DNA of 64,000 nucleotides from Podarcis pityusensis (taxonomy: Eukaryota): the NCBI GenBank assembly GCA_964106645.2, contig OZ067043.1; one strand, 5' to 3'. The position numbers and the translations under genes are program-made. Below are positions 24,733 to 37,738 of the stretch, piece by piece. The notes beneath the pieces were generated by a model, which searched no databases, was not told the DNA's origin, and worked only from the letters and a program-made list of their open reading frames with translations. Position 1 is the stretch's first letter. The number at the start of each line of letters is the position of its first letter.

Positions 24733-26179
24733 CTAAATATGCTCACAAATATATGAGTGAATGAATTCTGAATGCAACTCCACAAATTAAAGCAGAAAAA
24801 GTAGGGCGGGATGTGTACGCAGATCAAACATATACAGATTTTTTAAAAGGAGCACCTCGAACCAAAAAAATGAAAAAACAAAAGCAGAATGTTAGAAACA
24901 ACACTCCCTTTTAAGGACTCCTCATTGACTTTTGCTGTGATGTTTTCCCTCGGCATAGTTTCCTTAATAATGTTACCATCCCGGAAAGTTAAACATTCAA
25001 GGAAAATCTTCTCTGACCATCGAGACCCCTGTGAAGATTTGCACATTAGTTGGGATTACCACCCAGGTGCAAACACATTTTCAGTCCTGACCCCAAATGC
25101 TTCAACTGTTTAGATATCTTAAAGGCGGCCGAGGTGGGGGGGGGTGTGTGGGTTAGAGGCAACCCACACAGTTTCTGGATGAATTCAACTTTGTGGCTTC
25201 TTACACAGGCTGACAGCAAGTAGTGGCCCCCTTAGCCATACTGCTCAAAATTAACAATGGTAGCAGCAGTGCTCTCTCTCTCTCTCTTGCCCCTGCCATA
25301 AAATGGCTGCCATCCCGGCTATGCCACAGAACAGGTCCCATTCATCTCAAATGGCAGAACAGGTTACTGTCCAATGCCTGGGGCTCCTCCAGATGACCTG
25401 TTTATTAAGCATTTATCCTGATTTCTTTCTACAAAATTTACATAGATGTAATACTATACCTGCTCTTTATTGAGCTGATGTACAGTTTTGTTTGCAGGGA
25501 TATTACATGGCAATGAGAATTCAGGGTGGTCTTCCTACCAATACATCCATATCCCACACTTTAGGATGCATTTCCCTGTCACTTTCCTAACTGCAAGAAC
25601 TCTCTCTGTGTGTTGTTTTTTTAAGTGGATTTGTTGTACCAGAGCACTTTAATCTATTTTGATTGTACAAACCTAAATGCCCTCAAAATGGTGGCAATCT
25701 GGAGAACGCAATGGTATCCCTTAAAAGTGTGAGCAGTCTTTGGCCACTCAGTCTCCTTCCTCTAAGTGATGCAGCCAAGATGCAGAAACTTCCCACCTTA
25801 CCCATCAACAAAATCCTGCAGCATTTTTGCCACAGCTACACACAGTATTGGAAATTTTACTCTGTATTTTGTGTTTTTTATATTGTAATATTGCAAACTA
25901 TCCTGAGACCTACAGACGAAGGGTGATCTACTAAATAAATAAATGAATGAATAAATTGACCCATACAGTTTAGATTTCCAACAGATAGCACAGGGTGCCC
26001 GACAAAAGAACAAGGTAAAAAATAAATTCCCGAATTTGTGTATTTATGATCACAGGACACCAGTCTATACTGGAGTGTTGCAAACATGTACACACCTCCA
26101 TCTTCCACAAGTCATGCAACATCTCAAAATTGTCCCAGTAGACAGATAAGCATGCAGATGTGGTTTGTTTTTGTTTTAC

Positions 26180-26370
26180 CTGTCTGTTAGCTTCAATGTA
26201 AAGCCCAAGAGTGTTTACTCGGTAGCACAGCCCATCTTTCATTATGTGAACATAACAACGAACTTTCCCTTCATGGAATGCTTCCTTCATATCTCCTCTC
26301 CGATTGTTCCAACAAAGGTTGTCTGTGCCCAATTCAAACAGGCTATCCTCCTTCAAGAAGCTATAGATGT
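26180..26370 (-). CDS. EIF2B3: eIF2B gamma, exon 8 (191 nt)
   Basis: tgtacag|AC ATC...AGA CAG|gtaaaa. Translates (D)[63 protein letters not shown]. Lies within track ORF 25970..26566. Confidence 0.97.
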
Positions 26371-26661
26371 CTGTACAATATGCAAAAGCCATAAAAATGA
26401 GATTTGAGTGAACATCACATAATATTTTGAAACCATTACTTGGGAAAGCATACAGCACATCTTCACATGCATGTTTCTGTGTGCTGTACAAAATGCCATC
26501 CACGAAAGTGGATGTGGCTCTCACATGCATGCACACATGTACAGGATACTCAGCCCCCCCCATCAATTGATCTGTGCAATTCAGCTGAAGCAGGTGGGGT
26601 TGTCTATAATTAAGCAGTATATAAGCTGTCTACATACATACATACTCCTTTTTCAACTAAC

Positions 26662-26792
26662 CTAGTGGTTTCTGGTCCTTTTTCCTTTGGTCATGCTCTT
26701 TGATGTTTTGTCCCTGTTGCAATGGTGCAGGAGATGAAAACTGCTTCCTAACCAAGTATGGAATCAGCTCACTTCGGATTGATGTAAATGAC
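26662..26792 (-). CDS. EIF2B3: eIF2B gamma, exon 7 (131 nt)
   Basis: cccctag|G TCA...CTA G|gttagt. Translates (R)[43 protein letters not shown](D), with the conserved [16 protein letters not shown] motif. Confidence 0.96.
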
Positions 26793-27204
26793 CTAGGGGA
26801 AGTCAAAACAAAACAACATAGATATTAAATCTGGAAACACTTCGAGAAAAGCAGGTTGCGTATTTATAACTGATATTCAAGTGGTTATCTTTGCATTTAT
26901 GCCATTGGATTTGAAACCCGAGCAGAGCATTTGCAGAACCTTTAAACTGTGAGCAAGTAGACATGCACTTTGGTTTTGACTTCTGTACAGCACCGAGCAC
27001 ATATTAGATACTTTATATATAATACAGAAAGATGACACAAGCCAGTGAGCTGGTGCTCCTGTGTCCCTTCTCCTGAGTCAGAGAGAACTAGATTTGGACA
27101 AGAACACTCTAGTGCTCATTACGTTCCACACAGCCTCCTTATACCAACCAACAAAGACGACACAGCGGGAGCAGGGAAAGAGAGTGGGTTAACTGCAGTA
27201 TACT

Positions 27205-27472
27205 TGGCCAACTATAGCTTGGACGGATGGCTTTAAAAGAGGATTAGACAAATTCACAGAGGACAAAGCTACCAATGGCCACTAGTCACAATACCTACGT
27301 TCTACCTCAGAGGCAGTAGATCTCTGAATACCAGTTGCTGCAAATGGCAGGTGGGGAGGGCACTCTTGCCCTCAGGTTCTGCTTGTGGGCTTCCCATAGG
27401 CATGAGGTTGGCCACTGTGAGAACAGAATGACAGTCCTTTGTTCTGGTCCAGCAGGGCCCCTCTTGTGTTAT
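27205..27472 (+). mobile_element. CR1 LINE 3' end
   Basis: GATGGCTTTAAAAGAGGATTAGACAAATTC...GGTTGGCCACTGTGAGAACAG...TCCAGCAGGGC is characteristic of squamate CR1 3' ends. Confidence 0.7.
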
Positions 27473-30400
27473 ACTATACAGATGACCACTTGAAGAACAC
27501 GGGGGCTAAGATAAGCAAGTTGCTTTTCTTTGAGGTCTCTGTGCAGCCTCACAAGTGGGCAAATGGTAAATAACTGAATCAGATCAGCAGGTCTTGGGAC
27601 TGAAACCCACGTACTTACAATACCATAGCTAGAGTAGGAGGAGAAGCCAAAGCAGAGATGGGAGACTTTGCCAACGTGTTTCTGTGGCTGCTTCTGTCCA
27701 TCAGAAATCTATTTATTTATTTGAACATTTTATATACTGCTTAACTACAATGATATTCTAAGCTATGCACAAGAAGCTCAATTTAATGCAAATAAAAATC
27801 AAGTACGTGGATCTGAAGGGGCAAAGAGCTTTGTCTCCTCTGAGTGCTTGGAAGTCTTCTTGGTGGCATGTTCAGTCTTAGGCAAGAGGTCTTAGTCATC
27901 AGAAGCCAATTGGACAGTGGGGTCAGAAGCAGGGTTGGAAGGTGCCAGAACAGAGACAGTTTATACTGCTTCCCTGGAAAGTCCCCCCACCAATTCAGCA
28001 GAGGAGGCCTTTACCAAAAGCATAAACTCTAAAATGATAATTTCCTTAGCAACAGTGCTCAGTCTTGTGCTCCCCAACTAGACATATCAAGCAATAACCT
28101 TGCCTGCTTCCACACATGAGGTACTTTTAAAACATTACCTACTGTGTCAGAGGGTTGGTGGTAAAATAAAATAAAATGATTTTTGCAAAATACCAATGGA
28201 GTCTAAGCCAATTAAGTGAAAATACTAAGAAAATGAAAGAAAAATGTGTAAAATCACTGAGCTCAGAGAGGACTCTCAGATAAAGTTCTCTGTTATGTTG
28301 CAATGATCAGAAAAGAACTGAGGAAGGCACCACTTTGCCCCTTGCGACAAATGCATGAAAGCCCTGGCTAAACTGTTGTTCTGTCCAGTTGTTCTTAGGC
28401 TGCAACTGTCCTCAGCCCCAGCCAGCATGACCAAAGGGTTAGGGATGATGGGAGCTGCAGTCCAGTAATATCTGGAGGACTACAGATTAGCCACTCCTGC
28501 TTTAGAAAGTTCCAGAGATGCTCTGAGAGGCACAGGCACTACAAGCCCTGTCCCACTCCACATTCACAACACAAAAGCATTAGCCATGTCAGTTAAAAAA
28601 CAACAACAAAAACCTGGGTAAAATTAGAATCTAAATAGTTATGTTCTGAAAATATTGTTGGTACTAAGCAGCTTTCACTCAGCAGGTGTTCCTTTTTGTA
28701 ATCTTATCATGGTTTCAGACAAACAATTTAGTGGTGAAAGGATTAAAACAATTTTAGTGGCATTATAGATTTCTCCTCTGTGTTTGTAACTAGGACACCT
28801 GGGACTGATTTGCTGTCTCCTTGTATGTTCCAGCAGTGCTGACTTATTTGCCTCACGAAATGAGGATAAGAGGCTAACTCTGCTTGTTTAAAATTGCAAG
28901 CTCTTGGACCACACATGGTTCTTTCCTTAGGGAGGAAAAAAGGCATTGCTTCTAGGTTGGCACATAGCAAAGAGATGAAGATCATAGAAATAAATCATGG
29001 AGAGTGAGTTATTTCACATGTTGAATGGATTCTTAAAAGATGCAGCATATGCACTAAGAACAATCCTGTGGTAGTTGGTCTTCTCATAGTACCATATGTA
29101 TGACACTTTCTCAAACATGGAAATTGTTTGTAGTGTTGGAAAATGTGTATAGTGTAATATATGAAGTGAAATGAGAGGGATGTGAACATCTCAGGTTCAT
29201 ACATCAGAAAGCCATGGTGGTATCTGCTTCCTGATGTGTACAAGCCACCCATCATATATTACAGGACACACATTTTTTCCTACTCAGAGATGATGTTTGA
29301 AAAGTAATATCCAAAATGGCCTTGAGACATAGAGGAGTTGGATTAGGTTTGAAGCCAGAGTTGATTTTTTCCATCTCTGACTTCCATGGGATATTTCAGC
29401 TTTCATCCCCAGACCTACTGTAAAGATTAAACCCAGCATTTTCCTGGCATTGGTACCACTGAGGTTTTCAACCAAAGTTTCATAATTGTACCCTATAAAT
29501 TTTTAGGCACTGCTTGTGGAGCAATCTGAAGTATCTAAACATAATTATATTATTTTGTCATAATTTTACCCTCCTCTGTGCATTGTATTTTGCAATCTGT
29601 CCTTAATGTCTGAAATAATCACAGAGCTTAAAGTGGCTATAATCAAGAACTAATGAATAACTCTTCATTCTTGAATCACAGCATCTCTCCCTGCTGTTTA
29701 CAATCTGAGTGCACCATAGTTCCTCCCCTACTGCCTTGCCTTCTGCCATGCATGTGGGTATGCAGACGGGCAGTTTACTAGCTTAAAATGTTTACACGCA
29801 GCTGTGCCATTCAGCAAGGATTTCCTGCTTGGGTTTTATGCTGAGTCCAAAACTGACAGTCCTGTGTTTCTCTCAGGGACTGACCAGAGCATTTATGGGA
29901 TCCATTACATATAAAATCGCTGCGTTTGGCAGAGGCCAACCTTGTCTGATGCAATGTTGCCCAGCAGGGCATTAAAGAGATGGAAATGGGAAGATGGCAA
30001 AGCTGTGCTTGGTTGTGATCGTTGCATTCCTGGCTTGACAAACACTTGTCTCAGGATGCTTCTACCTAGCATTATATTGCCCTTTAGAAAATAAAAATAG
30101 GGGTGTATGCAATAAACAGCATGATCTCTAGCTTGGCACTATCAACCTGCTTCCGTATTAACACACATTTTGTAGGAAAAAATAATCACATGTGAATGCT
30201 GGTCATTCGGTGCTGCTTAAGCAGGGCTTATTGTGGATTGTCCCAGGGTCTAATGCTTTTGGAAGGTATTGTTTTATTAGCAGAAAGGCAGTGAGCAATA
30301 ATGCCTTTGGAATTTTCTTTAAGGCTTTTGCCAACACTAGTGATGGCGTGAGAATCTTATATGGAAGTCTGCCAGCCAATGTGGCAAATTAATATGGAGC

Positions 30401-33400
30401 TGGAGCAAGAAGGAAGGGAAAGGCAGGAGGATTAACACTAATAGAGGCCAATCAGAAGGAAGATGGGAAGAACCAAAGTAGCCCATCTTGATTTTTCAGG
30501 TAAGACAGAAGCAGCAGCTGCCTGCTCAGATTATAACATAGGTGCCATCTGCACTATACATTTAAAGCAGCATCATACCACTTAAAACAGTCATGGCTCC
30601 CCTTCAAGCATCTTGGGAATTGTAGTTAGTTGAAGATGCTGTGAGCTCTGATAACTGTAGCTCCTTGAAGGGAATAGCAGTCCTCTAACAATTCTCATCA
30701 CTCTCTGCAGATGGGGCATAAGAAGAGGCAAACTGATAAAACCCAGATATTTTCCCTCTTATCCTGGATCCTATAGCTTCCCCAAAGGCCTCCAAGTGAT
30801 TGAATTGTACTGTCTGATCCACATACAGAAAATAATTCAGCCACAAGTTGGTGAAAACTTGCAGTCATGGCAGCTGAAGCCTGCAGAACTCTGCAGGAGG
30901 AATATAGTGAAGCAGAACAGAGGCAGGCAACTTACACGCCGATGGCTGAAACAGGACTCCCCAGCAGCATAAAAATCTCATTTGAAAAATGTGGGGTTTG
31001 GCCCTATTGCCATGGACAAAGTCTCATGCAAAAGGTTAACTGAATAAGAAAAACAAACTGCATGCAAAATCTGTTGATTTCTAAGACAAATCTAAAACAA
31101 TTCTGGGGTTGGCTTTTTATTTTGAGGGCTAATATTTTTAGGACAAGGGTAATGCACACATGTCCACCAAATGAACATCTACACTTCATCGCACAGGAAG
31201 CTTCATGAATGTTTTCAGGGAAGGGATGAAATTTCCATTATCCAAATAAAATATGTAAAATTAGCCATAGGCCTACAGCTTACAATATATTTATAAAAAG
31301 TCCTTCATGCAGAGCAAGATTCCCGCCTCTGAAGAACAAGATCCCAAGAACTGGCGTTTAGCAAAACACACCCTAAATCCTGAAAAATATTTGACAACGC
31401 TGTTAGTAACAAAAACTGGCCCACTGTCATGGCAAAAAGCAACAAAACCAGCTACTCCAAAATCATGTCATACAGATAATTCTTGGATGGTCTCCTCTGC
31501 CTCCTAGTCCTCAAAATGGTGCTCTTTGGCCTGACCCCCCGCAGGGATGGACACAGCCATTGCTTATACTTCCTTGTACTGTTTCTTGCTTGCTTGAGAT
31601 GTTTTTACTACAAGTGTCACTCCCATTTCACTGGCTGTCATTCATTTTTATTTTCTATGTTTAAAGTTAAACACCATAAAACAGTATTAATGAGTATTAG
31701 CATTTTAATAGCGCCTCGTGTGTTTTTTAAATACTGATCTGTGATGAAGTGTGAAATCTTTTATTGTTGCCAGCCCCCACCTGTGAAATCTGCTATCCTT
31801 TCTTTAGCACTGCTTACAGGGTGGGAGTGTTGCCCTCCTCATTAAGAAGAGCAACACCATCACTTATTTTCTCAGGTATAATAGTAGTTACAGAGACCAA
31901 AGCAACAGAGCAGAATTGTTCCTTTAATTTCAGGGTCCCCCTGACTGATTGCTTCATTTGAAGGTTTGTTGAGACTGTAGGTAGGGTTTCTTAACATACT
32001 GAGGGATTAAGCCTAAACAATTATAAAGTTACTTCCCTGGAGCTTTTGAAAAGAGCTCTTTGGTTCTTGGCTCAGTTCCTCTGTTGCCTCCCTCCCACTT
32101 TTTAGTATCTTTCTACTATTAATATCTGCCACTGCTTTGCCTTCGCCTCTCAAGCCAGCTGCACCTCCTATGGGAAGTTCACCTGACACTTCTAGAGAGC
32201 TGTGACTTGATATTCCTATGGTCTGTCTTTTACACCACCATCTGGTAATATCTGGCTAGAATTTAAGCAGAGATTTGGCTAGGTTTCCTACCTCTATTAT
32301 GACCAGGAAATTCATATTGATCTTAATAGGAATAGACCAGTGTTACACCTATAGCAGTATGGGTTTCTAACCGACAGATGCTTGTCAATTAAGTATTAAT
32401 TCTGCCAATTCAGTCCTGATGAGTTTTGCAGATTCAAAAAAATAAGAAAGATGTAAGTGGGGGCGGAGGAAGGAAGGAAGGGAGGGAGGGACAAAAAAGT
32501 AAAGAGGATAGAAGAAAGAGAAAAGTTAATTATGAACCCTGTTGGTACATAGTTCATGGTTCTCATCGTTTTAAGGGATAAAGCCAAATAACGTTTAAAA
32601 ATGCCGTGTAAACCAGGCGCACTCTTGTTGGATCTCAACATTATTTTCTCCTGATCCTTTGATGGAGATTAAAAATTTCCATGTGAATACAAATAATGAA
32701 ACAACAGTTACTTGGAGGTTTCCCCCCAGCTCTCTATTTCTCCAAACTAGAGCAACCAGTCACAATTCCCCTCCCCCCCTCAATCCCCACTGCTTTAAAG
32801 AAAAAAAAAGTCAACTCACTTTGAAGAAAAAAGACAAAACAATGCCAAGAACAGGGGGATTAGGGAAATGATATTTATATCATGGACCAAATTAAAATGT
32901 CAATGCAGGAGGCGGGCAAACAGCCCCTACCATATATACACACCAAACATGTCTCTTCAAGGAAAGGGAAAAGAGATTTGAAAAGAGTTAATGCAGCCCC
33001 CAGTTAATACCACCTGCTTCAGACTCAACACTCCTTAAAAGACAGGGTTTGGGTTGATTTCCCACAATATGGCTTTAGTGAGCACAATGGAAGAAGCCAT
33101 TATTAGCTTCTTCTTTTTTTAAACTTTCTTTACTGATTCCCGTCTTTAAAACTTAGGAATTTCAGAGACATGCTAAGAATGCAGTGCTAGCAGATGTGCG
33201 TTATATGCAACAGTAGGGAAAATAAACAGGCATACAATTTTTGGCCTGGACTGTGTGTACATCATTTTGCCTCATGTCTTTCCATGCTCACAGCTCCTGT
33301 TTGATCTCCTGGAAAAAAATGGCATCCACAAGTGTGGAGATTGCACTACTTTTCCATTCTACTGAAAAAAAAGTCACTCTGCAGTCTGAGAATAGATGGA

Positions 33401-33964
33401 AGAACCTCAAAGAAAATAGAGGATGACAATGATGGATGGTGGTGCCATGAGGGTGTTTCATAAAAACAGTGAAGAAAGCACGGCAATTCCACAGTATATG
33501 TCTACTGTAGAAGCACTGGATAAAATCTATTATTTCCCTCATGCAGTGCTTATATTCCCACTGAAAGTGTCACATGGCTGTGGTTACAAAATGATACGTT
33601 CATCTACTGTTGTGTACCTGTTATATTACTAGTGACGATAGTTTAAGTCCAAGGACACAGATCAGTTTGATGACTTCAGAGTCTCCACACAGTCTGACAG
33701 TTCTATGCCATTGAATTTTATAACACAGAACAGGTACAGACCTTAAGTGGGACTATAAAGCCATGTTCAGAGATGTACCATATCTTGGAGTTAGTTATTC
33801 CAGACTCCCGTTCCCAACTATTCATTGTTTCTGGTAACAAATTCAAAAAACAAAACAATCTCACTTAAATCAAACTAAGGTGCTTCTTAAGATACCCCAA
33901 TGTATGCAAAAATGTCCAAAGGTACTCAAGAAGGTGGTATAGCCCCAGGCATAGTTGGATAAAA

Positions 33965-34510
33965 CATTTGGCTTCAGACTTGTTTGGGGCCTGAAACTGA
34001 CTCAGTTGCTCTGGTTGACCGTTGTTGGGAGAGAGACAGGGTGTGTGTTGATTCTCCTTGACCTTTCAGCAACTTTTGATACCATTGACCATGGTATCCT
34101 CCTAGACCACTTGCAAAATTTGGAAGTTGGGAGCATGGTGGTTCTGCTCTTATCTCTGAAAGCAATTCTAGAGCATAACACTGGATGACTTCTGTTTGGT
34201 TTCATGAAAGTTCTTCTGTGGTTGCCCAACAGGATTTGATCTTGTTGCCCAAGCTATTTAACACCTATATGATGGAGTCATTAGAGGATCTGGGGTGAGG
34301 TGCCATCACTATGTTGATGACATCCAGTTCTCTCTCTGTTCCATCAGTGTCAGGAGATGAAGTCCAGATATTGAATCTGTGCTTAGAGGCAGTAATAAGC
34401 AGCATGTGGACCAAAAAACTGAAGCTAAATCCAGCTAAGATGGAGGTGCTGTTTGCAGGTAGTTCCCACGTCTGGGACCAACAGCCTCTTCTGGATGGAG
34501 TTGCTCATAT
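33965..34510 (+). mobile_element. L2 LINE reverse-transcriptase remnant
   Basis: Frameshifted fragments LILLDLSATFDTIDHGILLDHL and KLKLNPAKMEVL, typical of L2/CR1-clade RT. Confidence 0.8.
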
Positions 34511-36409
34511 TTTAATATATCAAGAAATCAAAGGATTCACATACAGTTCTATGATTCAAAATACTCACATACCTACAACACTCTGAAATGACAATTACAA
34601 AGACTGTTAAAATTTGACAGTGTGCACATCTGAAAGCTAGAAATACAACTGAGACCAGCTAGGAAACATAGACACCAAAGAAATCTAAGTAGTGCTGAGC
34701 AGAGAAAAAGCTTCCTGTGGAAGAGGTGGTGACCTCAGTGCCCTCAAAGTTTCATTCCCTTTCAGGTACTCTGTCCTCCCCTACTGCAGGACCACCCCCA
34801 ACTCTGTAAATCTTCAGATTTAAGAGTTATTGAGATAAAATAAATGGGACTGTTTAAAATGTAGGCAAGTGTGAAGCAGTGGTCTCCTCATAAGTAGGAA
34901 GGAAAAACAATAACCACATATCCTTAATTGCACATTTACTTAACAGACAAAACTTCATATTCCACATTATAAATAATTAGGACATACATTTTGTTTGCAT
35001 TTTGATTACTAGAAATATTGCAATTTGCTCAGTTTCTTCTGAACAAATTTGTTTCTTTATGCATTTTAATCACAAGGAAAGTATTCATTATACAACCTGA
35101 TTTTTACAGGGCAAAAAAATACATTCCAGCCATACGGCTGACGTGTTCTCTATTAGGTGTCCACAGAGCAAGCTCTGTTTTGCAGCCATCTTTTCGGCAT
35201 GCGAGAAGAGAGAGAAAGAGAGAGAGAAAGCATGCATTAAGCCAGGAGTTTGGCTCTGCCAGACCTCCCTCACAGTCTGTAGGCCTTGCCAGGAAACACA
35301 GGTGACAGTGTGAATGATAAAAAGGCATTGAGAAGGGAAAGCAAAGCTATGGGCTGGTTTAGTCTGGGCAGCATCTTAATGTAAACCTGCAGGGGCCTCT
35401 GTGTACAACATACCACAAAGCAAATCAAGCAGAAGCGTATGGACAAAATATACCCTCATCAACTGAAGCAGAGCTTCCCACCCCCTGGTAATCTCAGTAT
35501 TCTTCATAGGAGGTACAGGACACATTTCAACTTTTCCCTCGCGGGAAGAATTTCAAACTGTAGTTGAGGTTGGAGAAGCAATCTTTTCTGGAACACTTTT
35601 CCAGAGAAAGGCAGGACTGGAGGGCTGGCTGAAGGAAGAGGAAGGGGAACTACAGAGGAAGTGGTTTATCAAAATGCAGGGTTTTTCAACCATTTATAGT
35701 TGTTTTTTAAATTCCTGTTTTTCAGAAGCACTAAAGGTGACAGTTTAGCTAGTCTGAATACAAGCCAGCCAAGAGCTTCAGCTGGAATGTAACGAGCTTT
35801 TTAGCAGAGCGCAGTAACCACGTTACTCAGCGAACTGATCCACGCATAGCTGTTGAATCTCACTAAGGACAAAAAATTAAAAATTTGACAAAATAAGACA
35901 AAACTAATTCATCCGTTTTAAATTCTAGTTTGGTTTATTTAAGAATATATACAGGAAGGCAGGTTACTCAAGAGGAAGTTGTCCTCAAATCTTCCTTTTG
36001 TGATAGGTGCCTGATTCTATTTTGCTCTCCTTCTTGTTTAGTCAATGCATGCCTTTCCCCCTCAGAATCAGGCTCAAAGGTTTATTTTACTAAATAATTG
36101 CCTACCTTAGCTGTGGAGCAGATGAGTGCCAGCATGGTATAATGGGCTCGGACCTTGAGCCAGTCACTATCTATTGGTCTAGCTTACCTTACAGGGTTAT
36201 TGGGATAAAATGGGGAAGAACTGTATCCAGCACTCTAAGCTCCTTGGAGGCAGGTGGTGGGAGAGGTTAACTGTAATAATGAATGAAAACCAACCAACGC
36301 AGGTTGAATCTAGATAAATGGCAACTGCTTGGTCTGGTGATATAGGAAGGTGTGGAACTTCCTGCTATAGATGATATCCAGCCCCGCTAGTCATGAGGAC
36401 TACAACCAG

Positions 36410-37040
36410 AAATTTATTCATTTCATAATTTTCTATCTTGCCTCTTTCACCAAAGAGATTCAATGGGACTTACGAACAGTATTAAGAACAAAATTAAAAT
36501 AATCCCTAAAAGTACCCCTATAAGCATTCAGATTAATACATTAAGAACAAATAAATCCCAGAAGCACAAAAGTAAGCAAAACTGACCCAGCAAAACTTAA
36601 AACATTAACCAAATGCATTTTTTAAAGCCAAGTTTTAGCTTATCGTACTAATCAATAGAGTAAGGGTTCCCAATAGATCTTGCACAGACCAAGGGACTCT
36701 ATAGGGTAGGTGGCACAACAGAAAAGGCCCTACTCATAGCTAACACCAGCTTCACCTCCCAAGGTTGAGGGATCTGAATCAAAGCCCCATATGACACTCA
36801 GTATGTGCAGGGAGGAACATTTTGAATAAGACAGTTTCCAAAGCACACAGATTCCAATCTACGTTTAAGACCAGCACCTTGAATTGAGCCCAGAAAATCA
36901 CATAGAACCCACATGATAAAATCAGAGTGCTGAGCTTCTGTCAGCATTCTACATGCCGTATTCTGCAAAAACTGAAGCTTCCAAATACTTCCACATAGAG
37001 CATATTACAGCAGCCTAATCTGGAGGTCACTACAGAATGC
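36410..37040 (-). mobile_element. Old L2 LINE 3' remnant
   Basis: Recognisable degenerate L2 ORF2/3' segments (CCAGCACCTTGAATTGAGCCCAGAAA, CAGCAGCCTAATCTGGAGGTCAC). Boundaries approximate. Confidence 0.5.
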
Positions 37041-37729
37041 AAAGTCTGCCTTTCTCACAAATGGCTGTAGAATATTCAAAAGCACAAAGGCACAACAGAA
37101 CATTCTCCTCCCCTCTCTCCACAGCCCCCACCCCCCAAACCTGTTTTAGGGGTTCTTGCAACAATTTGGAGCAGATTTGTGGAGAGTGCAGGGTATGCAC
37201 AGCGGGAGGAAAAGTCCTGTTGTGCAAGAGGAAATCCTTGCACTGATGAGATGTGGGTAGTTGAATACAGTACTGCCCCTGTCCTTTTACCATTCGAGTG
37301 CATTGTACTGAAGGGAACATCCTGCATGTAGATGTATTTCTGAAGCTGACCTCTCTTCCTTGGCTGGCTTTTTCATGAACAAGTTAAGGTTTAGTAAACT
37401 ATTATCTCTGCTGTATCACGTAGCAGCAATTTTTACTGATTTTCATTCTATCCCACTCACACCAGCTTTTTTAAAAGTAAAAAATAGAGTTGCCTTCCTG
37501 AAGTTTCCTAAATCCAGACATTTGGCTTCCAAGGTGATGAGAGACACTGAAGTACACAACCTATCTCATTTACGGTAGTGACTACAGCAAGTGGTAATAA
37601 AAACGGGGGTCCGTGGGCTCAACTATGGGCTGCTCCTGATTTTAAGGCAAATGCGCCGACTTTTCCCTACAAAGACTGTTCTAGCCAGGATTGCTCTCTT
37701 CCATAAATAGTTGTTTTCCTTCCTCTCAG

Positions 37730-37738
37730 TGGGTGGTC
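37730..37738 (-). promoter_or_regulatory. Perfect GLI consensus site GACCACCCA
   Basis: TGGGTGGTC on the + strand, in a CpG-retaining non-repetitive block of intron 6. Function is inferred only. Confidence 0.45.

Noticed and set aside
25970-26566. 198-aa ORF as a separate gene or retained-intron isoform
   Set aside because: Only the exon 8 part resembles eIF2B gamma. Retaining the 291-bp intron 7 gives an immediate stop (G|GT TAG) even though its length is a multiple of 3.
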